Shown here: in pieces, positions 17,081 to 26,576 of the stretch
Layout: each line of letters begins with the position of its first letter
Numbering within the stretch: position 1 is the first letter of the stretch
Source of the DNA: Armatimonadetes bacterium UBA1398
Lineage (GTDB): Bacteria > Armatimonadota > Zipacnadia > UBA1398
Length of the DNA stretch: 64,000 bases
Assembly: GCA_002305165.1 (NCBI GenBank)
Contig: DBQI01000026.1
Span: 5,398-69,397, forward strand
Direction of reading: 5' to 3'
Position numbers and translations under genes: made by a program
The notes under the pieces: model-generated
The model's input: only the letters and a program-made list of their open reading frames with translations
Told to the model about the DNA's origin: nothing
Databases searched by the model: none

Positions 17081-19249
17081 ATGGTACGGTCAATCCTAGG
17101 CATCCGGGCGTTGGCCGCCCTTGTCCTCGTGGCAAGTCTGGTAGTGGCGCCGGCAGCGTTGGCGCAAGGCCTGCCTGAAGTGGCCATCGAGCAGCCTCGC
17201 GATGGCGCCGATGTGGCCACTCTCGGGATTCCGCTGACGGACATCCCATTGACGGTGAGCTACAAGTCATCGGCCGGGGTCGACAAGATCGAGGTCCTGG
17301 TGGATGGGGCGGTGCAGTTCGTGGACCGCTTCAGCGCTCCCGAGACAGAGGGGCGACGGTCCTACCTCTGGGATGCGACGGCTCACGGCCCCGGCAAGCA
17401 CACCATCAGCGTCATCGTGTTCGCCGGCGCACGATCGGCTGGAGCACAGGCGGTGGTCGAGTACAAGGCGGTTCCGTCGCCAGGAGAGGTCCAGCCCAGG
17501 GCGACTCTGGCGGTCGTCAGCCCAAGCCCCGGCGCGGTCGTGTCTGGTCTCGTTCCCCTGCGAGTCGAGACCACGGGGGCGCGGCCGCACTGGGTGCAGT
17601 TTTTCCTGGATGGGCGTGCGGTGGGCCACAGCCTGAGCGAGCCCTACGCGATCTCCATCGACACCTCGCTCTACGCCGACGGTCGACACGTCGTCTACGC
17701 CGCGATGAAGACAGACCGCGGCACCGTCACAAGTGACACGCTCCACGTCAACTTCATGAACCTGGAGATCCCAGAACCACAGGGCGAAGGGGTTGTAGAG
17801 CCACCCGGTGAGGACCCGGGGATCGAGGGGGCTGGCCCCGAGATCGATGTGGCCCCGGTCGAGGAGCCCGTGAAACCGGACCCCGGACCGGCCATCGCCA
17901 TTCCCGCGGCGCCGATCGAGCCCCTCACGCCGCCAGTGCCGTCCCCCGCGGACCCGCTCAACGTGGGTGTGGACCCCCAGGGGCAGCCACCCCTGGAGGT
18001 CGTGGAGCCTGTTGAGCCGGTCGAGGCCGATCCCGGGACTATGACGGACCTACCGCCCGACATCGCCGGCGCCGGGGAGTGGCAGCCCGTCGGTGTGGGC
18101 GAGGAAGGCCCAGCGATGGTGCTTCCTGTGGAGGTCGCGCCGGATGAGCCGCCGCCCGGAGAGCCTGTCGTTGAGCCTCCGACGCCTGTGGACGCCACTA
18201 TGCGGCCGTTGGACACGGAGTTGGCGGGCCCGGATGGGCTCGGCGTCCAGGCTCCGTCGACCCCGCCGGCCGAGCCGAGTGTCCCGCCGGCGCCGGATGT
18301 CACAGCACCGACCGAGGAGCCTGCGGTGCCGCCGCTGGAGCCGGTTGAGCCCGACGTTCCCGTTCTGCCGGAGCCGCAGAGCCCGACCCCGGAGGAGGTC
18401 CCGCCCCCGCTGACACCGCAGCTGGTAGAGATCGACGAGGCTTCAACAGGCTCCGTGAGTCCGCTGCCGCCTCTTGTGCCGTTGCCAAGTCTCACGGGCC
18501 CCGCTGATGCGGCGTTGCCCGACCTGCCTCGGACCGGTCCTGTTGGGCTGCCGTCACCCGAGAAGGCGCCATCCCCAGAGGAGAGTCCGGCGGCACCTCG
18601 GTCCGAGCAGCCGGTGGAGCCGCTGCCTGCAGCGGTCGAGGAACTCGCTGGTCCGGCGGAGGTCGCCGCGCTCGGCGCGTTGCCGGAGCCCAGAACTCCG
18701 GAGGAGATCCCCGTGGTTGAGGCGCCCACTGAGCCAGCGCTTCCCGGTCCTGCCGCGCCGCCGACTGCCGCTGAGGCTGTGGCCGTCGATCCGTTACCGA
18801 GTTCCAGCGACGATCCTGTGCCGGTCATCGGCCATACCCCCCTGCTCACCAGCCCCACGGGCGGCCCCGCCCCGGATGCGGCTACCGAGGAGACGGGTCT
18901 GGTTGTGTGCCTGGACGGTGCGCCGATGGAGGGAGTGCGGCCAGCGATCATCCAGGATGGCGCTGTCTACTTGGCCCTCCGCGACCTGCTCATTGCCGTT
19001 CGCGGCTCCATGACCTGGGATGCCCCGTCGGGACGCATGTCCGGTCGAGCCGGCACTGCCAGCTTCGCCATCACTGCTGGCGGCGACAAGGCAACGCTAC
19101 GTGGTGGGGAGATGGTCCTTGATGCGCCGGCTCTGGTCATAGACGGCACGCTCATGGTGCCCCTCGGCTTCGTGGAGGAACTCTTGGGCCTGCAGTCTGT
19201 CCAGGATCCTGCCGCTGGTACTCTGGAATTCAAGGGCTCTAGCCAGTAG
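17081..19249 (+). CDS. Secreted protein: two Ig-like domains, long Pro/Glu-rich linker, C-terminal copper amine oxidase N-terminal (stalk) domain
   Basis: Signal peptide (ALA); YLWDATAHGPGKHTI and IDTSLYADGRHVV Big-domain motifs; Pro-rich middle; C-terminal VYLALRD..TLMVPLGFVEELLG; ATG after GGAGG. Confidence 0.75.
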   Translation: MVRSILGIRALAALVLVASLVVAPAALAQGLPEVAIEQPRDGADVATLGIPLTDIPLTVSYKSSAGVDKIEVLVDGAVQFVDRFSAPETEGRRSYLWDATAHGPGKHTISVIVFAGARSAGAQAVVEYKAVPSPGEVQPRATLAVVSPSPGAVVSGLVPLRVETTGARPHWVQFFLDGRAVGHSLSEPYAISIDTSLYADGRHVVYAAMKTDRGTVTSDTLHVNFMNLEIPEPQGEGVVEPPGEDPGIEGAGPEIDVAPVEEPVKPDPGPAIAIPAAPIEPLTPPVPSPADPLNVGVDPQGQPPLEVVEPVEPVEADPGTMTDLPPDIAGAGEWQPVGVGEEGPAMVLPVEVAPDEPPPGEPVVEPPTPVDATMRPLDTELAGPDGLGVQAPSTPPAEPSVPPAPDVTAPTEEPAVPPLEPVEPDVPVLPEPQSPTPEEVPPPLTPQLVEIDEASTGSVSPLPPLVPLPSLTGPADAALPDLPRTGPVGLPSPEKAPSPEESPAAPRSEQPVEPLPAAVEELAGPAEVAALGALPEPRTPEEIPVVEAPTEPALPGPAAPPTAAEAVAVDPLPSSSDDPVPVIGHTPLLTSPTGGPAPDAATEETGLVVCLDGAPMEGVRPAIIQDGAVYLALRDLLIAVRGSMTWDAPSGRMSGRAGTASFAITAGGDKATLRGGEMVLDAPALVIDGTLMVPLGFVEELLGLQSVQDPAAGTLEFKGSSQ

Positions 19250-19278
19250 ACTAGCCGCGGCCGGCGATGCCGGCGTAG

Positions 19279-20697
19279 ATGGGTCAAGGCCAGAAGCGCC
19301 GTCGCGGTCCGACGGACCGGGCGGCGCTTCTGACGTATGGCCATCTGCCGCGCTCTGAGGCGGACGGGGAGGATCGGGCTTTGCTGTTGGGCACACAGCG
19401 GGTACGGGAGGACGGCCACCTGGAGATCGGTGGGATTGCGGCGGTGGAGCTTGCCCAGCGCTTCGGCACCCCCCTCTATGTGATCGACGAGGCGTGCATG
19501 CGCGATCGGTGCCGCCGGTACCGGGAGGCCTTCGGTCGCGCCTATCCGGGCCGGACAGCCATCGCTTACGCGAGCAAGGCGTGCCTCTCAATGGCCATCT
19601 GCCGCATCGTGGAGCAGGAGGGGCTACATCTCGACGTTGCGTCGGGAGGAGAGCTACACGTCGCCCGGCAGGCGAGCTTCCCGGCCCCGAGGGTGGCCAT
19701 GCACGGCAACAACAAGTCCGAGGGCGAGTTAGCGGCCGCGATGGATGCCGGAGTCGGCTACCTGGTGGTCGATTGCCTGGAGGAGATCGAACGCGCCGAG
19801 GCGCTGTTCCGTGCGGGCCACCCGCGTTCCCGGGCCCTACTGCGGATCACGCCAGGCATCGAGGCTCACACCCACGAGTACATCATGACAGGCCGCGAGG
19901 ACTCCAAGTTCGGGCTTGGCCTCTGGGAGGGCGGGGCGATGGAGGCAGTTCAGCGCCTGCTGGCGAGCCCCGCGCTCGACCTCATCGGGTTTCACTGCCA
20001 TATCGGGTCGCAGCTCCTGACCGTGGACTGCTTCGCTGACGCGGCTCGCCTGATGCTTGACTTCTGCCATCAGGCCCACACGGAGATGGGAGTGACAACC
20101 CAAATCCTGAACCTCGGTGGCGGGCTTGGGATCCGGCACACTGCGTCGGAGGACCCGGCGTCCATTGAGGACCTCGCCAGCACTATAGGCGGGACCATCG
20201 CGTCGGGCTGTGCCGAACGCGGGATGGAACTGCCGATGATCATGGTGGAGCCGGGCCGCTCCATCGTTGGTGAGGCGGGAACGGTCCTATACACGGTCGG
20301 GGTGGTGAAGACCATTCCCGGCGTGAGGACCTACCTCGCGGTCGACGGGGGGCTCTCCGATAACCCCCGGCCGGCGCTCTACGGCGCGAAATACGAGGTG
20401 CTGTTTGCGAGCAAGATGGGAGCGCCGCCGACCCAGGTCGTGACGGTTGCGGGCAAGCACTGCGAGACCGACAATCTCTTCATGGATGTGCCGGCGCCTG
20501 ACGTGGAACCCGGTGACGTGATAGCCGTCCCCGCTTGCGGCGCGTACACCTTCGCCATGTCGTCGAACTATAACCGGCTCCCGCGTCCTGCGGTCGTCCA
20601 TGTGCTGGAAGGACAGGCGGACGTGGTCGTCGAGCGCCAGACCTGGGAAGACCTAGTGACCCAGGAGCGTGTGCCCGAGCGCCTGGCTCGGGACTGA
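19279..20697 (+). CDS. lysA: Diaminopimelate decarboxylase
   Basis: FGTPLYV, YASKA, HGNNKS, SKFG, HCHIGSQ, EPGRS, CETD, GAY..MSSNYN; start may lie further downstream. Confidence 0.95.
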   Translation: MGQGQKRRRGPTDRAALLTYGHLPRSEADGEDRALLLGTQRVREDGHLEIGGIAAVELAQRFGTPLYVIDEACMRDRCRRYREAFGRAYPGRTAIAYASKACLSMAICRIVEQEGLHLDVASGGELHVARQASFPAPRVAMHGNNKSEGELAAAMDAGVGYLVVDCLEEIERAEALFRAGHPRSRALLRITPGIEAHTHEYIMTGREDSKFGLGLWEGGAMEAVQRLLASPALDLIGFHCHIGSQLLTVDCFADAARLMLDFCHQAHTEMGVTTQILNLGGGLGIRHTASEDPASIEDLASTIGGTIASGCAERGMELPMIMVEPGRSIVGEAGTVLYTVGVVKTIPGVRTYLAVDGGLSDNPRPALYGAKYEVLFASKMGAPPTQVVTVAGKHCETDNLFMDVPAPDVEPGDVIAVPACGAYTFAMSSNYNRLPRPAVVHVLEGQADVVVERQTWEDLVTQERVPERLARD

Positions 20698-20732
20698 GGG
20701 GCCCGCTCGACCGTGCGGGCCGAAGTGGTGCA

Positions 20733-23396
20733 ATGGACGTCATCGTTGGTCACTACGGAACCGACTTCGACTGCTTGGCCGCCATGGTGGCCGCCAAGAA
20801 GCTCTACCCGCGTGCCCAGTGTGTACTTCCGGGCAGAGTGGATCGCAACGTTCGGGTGTTCCTCGAGCTCTACGAGGACCAATTCCAGGTAGCCAGGCCG
20901 AAGGATACCCATCTGGATCGCGTCAAGCGAGTGATCCTCGTCGACAACGCGCGGCCGCGACGTCTAGGCGAGGTGATGCAGGAGGTCGTGGAGCGCCCTG
21001 GCGTCTACGTGATCGTCTACGACCACCACCCGCCCTCCCCGGATGACATCGAGGCGGACGAGGCCTATGTGGAGAGGGTTGGCGCGACGACCACGATCCT
21101 CACCCGGATGCTCCTAGACCAGGAGGTGCATCTGACCCCGGTGGAGGCTACGTTGCTCGCCTTGGGCATCTACGAGGACACGGGGAGCCTTTCGTTCTCG
21201 TACACCACCGTCGACGATGTGCTCGCGGTAGCCCACCTCCTGGAGTGTGGAGCTGATCTGGATGTCGTCTCTCGATACATACGATATGACCTGACCCAGG
21301 AACAGCGCGAGGTCTTCAACCAGTTCGTTCTGTCCATCGAGCACACGACTCACGCGGGCGTCACGGTTGCGGTGGCCCAGGCTCGGGTCACCGACTACAT
21401 TGGCGACATCGCCGTGCTGACGAGCCGGCTCTCGGTGGTGGAGAGCGTGGACGCTCTCTTCACCCTAACGGAGACCGACAGCAACATCTACATGGTGGGC
21501 CGAAGTCGGGGCGCCGCCCTGGACGTTTCCGAGGTGCTCGCCTACTTCGGAGGCGCAGGGCACCACGGCGCCGCCTCGGCCGTTGTGAAGAACTCGAATC
21601 TCGAGGAACTGCGTGGCGAGTTGCTCGCGCGCGTGGCGGAGTGTGTGCGCCCAGCCCTCGTCGCACGGGACCTGATGTCCCACCCCGTGCGGGTTGTCGA
21701 GGAGGCAACGAGCGTTGATGAGGCCAAGCGCGTCCTGCTGAGATACGGCTACAGCGGTATCCTCGTGGCCCGGCAGGGCGAGTTAGTTGGGGTCGTGAAC
21801 CGCAAGGATCTGGACCGCGCGATTCACCACGGCCTCGGCCATGCGCCTGTGAAGTCGTGCATGACGACCGGCGTTGTGTTCGCCACGCCAGATACCCCCG
21901 CTCCCGAGATACAGGACCTCCTGGTGAACCATCGCGTCGGCCGGGTGCCCGTTATCGATGAAAGCGGGGCGATCGTCGGGATCGTTACGATGGCGGACCT
22001 GCGGGCAGGCACCCATCGACTGCCGGGCACCGAGCACCACATGTACCACGGCGAGTGGTGTGGCGTTCAGGACGTCTCGGGGGTGCTCAGGCAGCGGACT
22101 CACGATGGGCTGGGTGGTCTACTCGCCGAACTGGGCCGCATCGCTGACGAGATGGGGCTTCCCGCATTCCTCGTGGGCGGTGGCGCGCGGGACCTTCTCC
22201 TGGGGGCGGACTCGGTCGATGTGGACATACTGGTGGAGGGGAACGCCATCGAGTTCGCCACAGTGGCGGCGCGCCGAATGGGAGCGAGGCTGGTCACCCA
22301 CGAGGAGTTCGTCACTGCGGTGATGTTACTGGCTGACGACCAGAAGATCGATGTGGCCAGCGCCCGAACGGAGTTCTACGAGGCCCCTGGAGCCCTGCCC
22401 GAGGTCGAGGTGGAGCACTCCTCCGTGAAGGAGGACCTCTACCGCCGCGATTTCACCATCAACGCCATGGCCATCCGCATCAACGAATCGGACTTCGGGA
22501 GGCTCTACGACTTCTTCGGGGGCCGAGCCGACCTGGAGCGCGGGATCATACGGGTCATGCACAGCCTGAGCTTCGTCGAAGACCCCACCCGCGTGTTCCG
22601 CGCGGTGCGCTTCGAGCAGCGCCTGGGCTTCTCCATGGATGCTCAGACAGAGCAAGCACTAGCGTACGCTCTTGAGAGCGAACTCTTCTCGTCCCTCTCG
22701 AGTGAGCGGATCAGTGATGAGCTGGTTCTGATCCTCTCCGAGAAGGACCCGATCCCTGCCGTGCATCGGATGAGCCGCCTAGGCCTTTTGGAGCACGTGC
22801 ATCCGCGCATTGTGTTCGATCTGCATACGCTTGAGGAGATGCGACGAACTCGGGAGGTGCTGGCGTGGCTAGCGGCTCTGGAGGAGCCCGTGCTTCCAAC
22901 GCCCTGGCTCATGTACATCAGCCCCCTGCTGCGGGCCATGGACTACCAGGAGATCCGGGAGTGGGCTCGGCGCCTGCGGCTAGCGCGGGATGACGTGGAG
23001 GAGCTCGCGATCGCGAGGGAAGTCGTGGATATGACGCTCTCGGCGCTGGAATCTGACGAGAGCCTCCTGCCCAGCCAGATCTTCCGCTTACTAGAGCCCC
23101 AGACGCCCCTCGGCATCGGTCGGGTCCTCGTGATGGCGCAGCCGGGTGGGTTTGCGGAGCATCGCGTCATGTCCTACCTCAACCAGTATCGGCACGTGAG
23201 GCTGCGCGTTGGCGGGGATGATCTCAAGCGACTGGGCTATGCCCCCGGACCGGGCTTCGGACGGGTGCTGCGGACGCTGCTCAACGAGCGCATCGATGGT
23301 ATCATCGGGGAGGCAGAGGAGGCTGCGCGCCTTCGCGCGATCGCCGAGCAGGTCTTCTCCGATGGAGCCGACGACTCCGGCCGAGGAATGGACTGA
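20733..23396 (+). CDS. tRNA nucleotidyltransferase (A-/CCA-adding type) with N-terminal DHH (NrnA-like) and CBS domains
   Basis: DFD, YDHH, GIYEDTG, GAGH; CBS pair; GGGARD..DVD, EDLYRRDFTINAMA, SFVEDPTR. Confidence 0.9.
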   Translation: MDVIVGHYGTDFDCLAAMVAAKKLYPRAQCVLPGRVDRNVRVFLELYEDQFQVARPKDTHLDRVKRVILVDNARPRRLGEVMQEVVERPGVYVIVYDHHPPSPDDIEADEAYVERVGATTTILTRMLLDQEVHLTPVEATLLALGIYEDTGSLSFSYTTVDDVLAVAHLLECGADLDVVSRYIRYDLTQEQREVFNQFVLSIEHTTHAGVTVAVAQARVTDYIGDIAVLTSRLSVVESVDALFTLTETDSNIYMVGRSRGAALDVSEVLAYFGGAGHHGAASAVVKNSNLEELRGELLARVAECVRPALVARDLMSHPVRVVEEATSVDEAKRVLLRYGYSGILVARQGELVGVVNRKDLDRAIHHGLGHAPVKSCMTTGVVFATPDTPAPEIQDLLVNHRVGRVPVIDESGAIVGIVTMADLRAGTHRLPGTEHHMYHGEWCGVQDVSGVLRQRTHDGLGGLLAELGRIADEMGLPAFLVGGGARDLLLGADSVDVDILVEGNAIEFATVAARRMGARLVTHEEFVTAVMLLADDQKIDVASARTEFYEAPGALPEVEVEHSSVKEDLYRRDFTINAMAIRINESDFGRLYDFFGGRADLERGIIRVMHSLSFVEDPTRVFRAVRFEQRLGFSMDAQTEQALAYALESELFSSLSSERISDELVLILSEKDPIPAVHRMSRLGLLEHVHPRIVFDLHTLEEMRRTREVLAWLAALEEPVLPTPWLMYISPLLRAMDYQEIREWARRLRLARDDVEELAIAREVVDMTLSALESDESLLPSQIFRLLEPQTPLGIGRVLVMAQPGGFAEHRVMSYLNQYRHVRLRVGGDDLKRLGYAPGPGFGRVLRTLLNERIDGIIGEAEEAARLRAIAEQVFSDGADDSGRGMD

Positions 23397-24096
23397 TCCA
23401 TTGCTCCTCAACGCGCTGCAGACGGGCTTCTCGCCCACGGCGGTCAAGGTCCTGCTGGCCTACCTCCTTAGCCTCATCATTGCGATCACGCTTCACGAGG
23501 CCGCGCATGCGTACACGGCCCATTGGTGCGGTGATCCCACTCCGAAGAAGCAGGGACGGCTCTCCCTCAACCCCCTGGACCATCTCGACCCGATGGGCAG
23601 CCTGTTCATCCTCCTCGCGGGCTTCGGGTGGGGTAAAGCGGTCGTGGTGAACCCGTACAACTTCCGCGACCTCCGGCGTGACATGATGCTCACCTCTGCT
23701 GCGGGCCCCGCCACGAACCTGATGCTCGCGGGCATCGGCGTCGGCTCATGGCATGCGGCCCGGTACGCCCTCGGCGTAGCGCCGGACGTGTCTCCTAACT
23801 TCGCGTTCACCCTGCTGCTACTCATCCAGGTATTCGTGACACTCAACCTGACACTCATGCTATTCAACCTGCTGCCTATTGGCCCCCTCGATGGGGTCAA
23901 GGTTGTGCAGTGGTTTCTGCCCCAGCGGCTTGCCGAGGAGTACTACGCCTTCAATGCCCGCTATGGGGGCCTGCTCCTGATCGTTCTGGTGATGCTCATG
24001 TACTCGGTGCCGCAAGTGGGGCAACTGCTGTTCTGGCCGATTGAGCGCATCTGTGACATCGCCCTGGCCCTGGCAGTGCCGGCAGGGATGTGGTAG
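23362..24096 (+). CDS. Site-2 protease (M50 family)
   Basis: HEAAH, GRLSLNP, AGPATN, FNLLPIGPLDG; start uncertain. Confidence 0.9.
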   Translation: MEPTTPAEEWTDPLLLNALQTGFSPTAVKVLLAYLLSLIIAITLHEAAHAYTAHWCGDPTPKKQGRLSLNPLDHLDPMGSLFILLAGFGWGKAVVVNPYNFRDLRRDMMLTSAAGPATNLMLAGIGVGSWHAARYALGVAPDVSPNFAFTLLLLIQVFVTLNLTLMLFNLLPIGPLDGVKVVQWFLPQRLAEEYYAFNARYGGLLLIVLVMLMYSVPQVGQLLFWPIERICDIALALAVPAGMW

Positions 24097-25100
24097 GGGC
24101 TATGTGGGGGCCGCCAGCACCAACGCGGGGCCGCGTAGTGAGCGGGATGCGTCCCACGAGCCGGCTGCATCTGGGCAACCTGGAGGGTGCGCTGCGTCTG
24201 TGGGTCGACCTGCAGCGTCGTGATCAGTGCTTCTTCCTGCTCGCGGATCTGCACGCGCTCACCACAGGCTGTGATGCTGGCGGTGATCATCGGACCCTCG
24301 TCCGTGAGATGCTTCTCGATTGGCTCGCCGCGGGTCTGGACCCGAACGAATCCGTCATCTTCGTGCAGTCCGAGGTGCCCGCCCACGCCGAGCTGGCCCT
24401 GCTGCTGGCGATGATCACCCCCGTCCCGTGGCTGGAGCGGTGCACGACATACAAGGACTGGATGGCCACGCCTGATGTGGCCCGTTCGGCGGGGCTGGGC
24501 CTGCTTGCCTACCCAGTGCTCCAGGCTGCCGACATACTCCTGTACCGTGCAACGACAGTGCCCGTGGGCCGTGACCAGGCCCAGCACGTTGAGTTGACCC
24601 GGGACATCGCCAGCCGCTTCAATGCCCTCTTCGGGGAGGTCTTTACCGCACCGGACGCGCTCTACTCGGCTGCGCCGGCGTTGAAGGGGACCGACGGCAG
24701 GAAGATGAGCGCTGTGTACGGCAACGCCATCTACCTAGGCGACACAGCCGGAGTCCTCGAGCGCAAGGTAGCCGCGATGTTCACCGACCCTGCCAGGGTG
24801 TTTCGTGGCGATCCAGGGCATCCGGACCGATGCCCAGTCTATGGCCTGCACGGCTGCTACAACGTGAGCGAGGTTCAGGCGATTGGGCAGGATTGCGGCA
24901 CCGGTCATCTAGGTTGCGTGGATTGCAAGTCTGTCCTCTCAAAGTGCATCAATAGCGCGCTCGGGGGCCTGCGCGAGCGTCGCGCCGCGCTCCAGGCGGA
25001 GCCGGACCTGCTGAGCGACATTCTGCGCGATGGAGCAAGGAAGGCCCGAGCCGCCTCTGAAGAAACGTTAGCGCGTGTTCATGAGGCGATGGGCCTCTGA
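24090..25100 (+). CDS. trpS: Tryptophanyl-tRNA synthetase (atypical KMSAV motif)
   Basis: SGMRPT..LHLGN, YPVLQAADIL, VPVGRDQ..HVELTRD, GCVDCK; usual S2P-trpS-scpAB synteny. Confidence 0.9.
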   Translation: MVGAMWGPPAPTRGRVVSGMRPTSRLHLGNLEGALRLWVDLQRRDQCFFLLADLHALTTGCDAGGDHRTLVREMLLDWLAAGLDPNESVIFVQSEVPAHAELALLLAMITPVPWLERCTTYKDWMATPDVARSAGLGLLAYPVLQAADILLYRATTVPVGRDQAQHVELTRDIASRFNALFGEVFTAPDALYSAAPALKGTDGRKMSAVYGNAIYLGDTAGVLERKVAAMFTDPARVFRGDPGHPDRCPVYGLHGCYNVSEVQAIGQDCGTGHLGCVDCKSVLSKCINSALGGLRERRAALQAEPDLLSDILRDGARKARAASEETLARVHEAMGL

Positions 25101-25111
25101 CGTAGGTCCCG

Positions 25112-25984
25112 ATGGGGGGTAGATCGTTGCATTCGGCGCTTGCCGGAGACGAGAGAGAGCCATTGAGCAGCCTGGGGCCGCTCGTCGAGGCCGAGACCCT
25201 CGATGAGCTGAGGCGGGAGGCCGCAAGCCTCCGACCCTACCGGGTCCGCCTCTCCATCTACGAAGGTCCCATGGACCTCCTGCTCTTCCTGGTCGGGCGG
25301 CGCGAGGTGGATGTTTACGATGTGCCCCTCGCTGACATCACGGAGGAGTACTTCGAGTACCTGGTTCTGATGGAGGTGCTCGATATCGAGTTGGCAGGGG
25401 AGTTTCTCGTCATGGCGGCGAGCCTGATGGTGATCAAGGCGCGCACGCTACTGCCCGTCGAGTCCAACGAGGCCATCGATGAGGCCGATGACGACAGCGA
25501 TGGACTCGACCCCCGCGTGGAGCTCCAGCGTCGCCTGGCTGAGTACCAGCGCTTCCGCGAGAGCGCGGAGTATCTGCGGACCCGAATCGCCCACCAGGAC
25601 ATGGTTCATGGTCGAGAGGGGGGCGAGGCCGAGGAGGCGCTACAGGGCTGGGTGCCCCTTGAATCGGTTTCGGTGTTCGACCTGCTGAGCGTATTCAAGC
25701 AGATGCTATTGAGGGCGGTCGAGGACGCCCCGGCGGTGCTTGAGAAGCGGGAGTACACCGTTGCCGGCAAGATGGTCGAGGTGGTCAACACCCTTCGCCT
25801 GAGTTCACACGGGCTGAGCTTCTTCCAGACGGTGTCGGAGCGCCCGACGCGGCTGGAGGTAGTCGTCACGTTCCTGGCGATCCTGGAGCTGATTCGCCGG
25901 CGCGTCGTGACCGTCGAACAGCGGTCTGTAGGGGCCGAGATCCGCATCTACGCTGGACCGGAGATGGATGCCAGTGGAGCTTGA
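25112..25984 (+). CDS. scpA: Segregation and condensation protein A
   Basis: YEGPMDLLL, GEFLVMAASL..KAR.LLP, VVTFLAILEL. Confidence 0.95.
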   Translation: MGGRSLHSALAGDEREPLSSLGPLVEAETLDELRREAASLRPYRVRLSIYEGPMDLLLFLVGRREVDVYDVPLADITEEYFEYLVLMEVLDIELAGEFLVMAASLMVIKARTLLPVESNEAIDEADDDSDGLDPRVELQRRLAEYQRFRESAEYLRTRIAHQDMVHGREGGEAEEALQGWVPLESVSVFDLLSVFKQMLLRAVEDAPAVLEKREYTVAGKMVEVVNTLRLSSHGLSFFQTVSERPTRLEVVVTFLAILELIRRRVVTVEQRSVGAEIRIYAGPEMDASGA

Positions 25985-26576
25985 GGAAGCCAAACTAGCT
26001 CTGGAGTGTCTGCTCTTCGTTGGCAATGAGCCCCTCCCAGAGAGCCTCCTGATGGATATCATGGAGGTCGACCGGAAGATGCTTCGTAAGGCGATCGACG
26101 CACTCAGCGCGGACCTGGAGGGACGCAGCCTGCAACTCGTAGAAGTGGCAGGAGGGCTGCGGATGATGACGCGGCCGAGGTTCCACCGCTACGTGGAGCG
26201 CCTCTTCGAGCCCCAGCCGACGCGAATCAGCCGCGCGGGGCTCGAATGTCTCGCCATCGTCGCTTACAGGCAGCCTATCACTCGCCCTGAGATCGACGCC
26301 ATCCGCGGCGTGAACTCCTCGGGCTCCATGGAGAGCCTCCTGCGCAAGGGGCTCATCAAGGAGGTCGGCCGAAAGGACGTGCCGGGCCGACCGATCATGT
26401 ACGCCACCACCCAGACCTTCCTGGAGGTCGCGGGGCTGAGCGACCTGAAGCAGCTGCCTGCGGCGGATTCGGGCATCGGGTCGCACCTCTTGGAGGGGTT
26501 CCCCGTGGAGCCCGATCCCAACGTTGAACTGCCCTTCGACCAGGAGGACTCGGAAACGGAGGACGACCCGCAGTGA
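25968..26576 (+). CDS. scpB: Segregation and condensation protein B
   Basis: LECLAIVAYRQPITRPEIDAIRGVNS, PGRPIMYATT. Confidence 0.95.
   Translation: MPVELEEAKLALECLLFVGNEPLPESLLMDIMEVDRKMLRKAIDALSADLEGRSLQLVEVAGGLRMMTRPRFHRYVERLFEPQPTRISRAGLECLAIVAYRQPITRPEIDAIRGVNSSGSMESLLRKGLIKEVGRKDVPGRPIMYATTQTFLEVAGLSDLKQLPAADSGIGSHLLEGFPVEPDPNVELPFDQEDSETEDDPQ

Noticed and set aside
17695-18951. 418-aa Gly/Ser/Thr-rich minus-strand ORF resembling an adhesin
   Set aside because: Antisense read-out of the Pro/Glu-rich linker codons; no signal peptide or RBS
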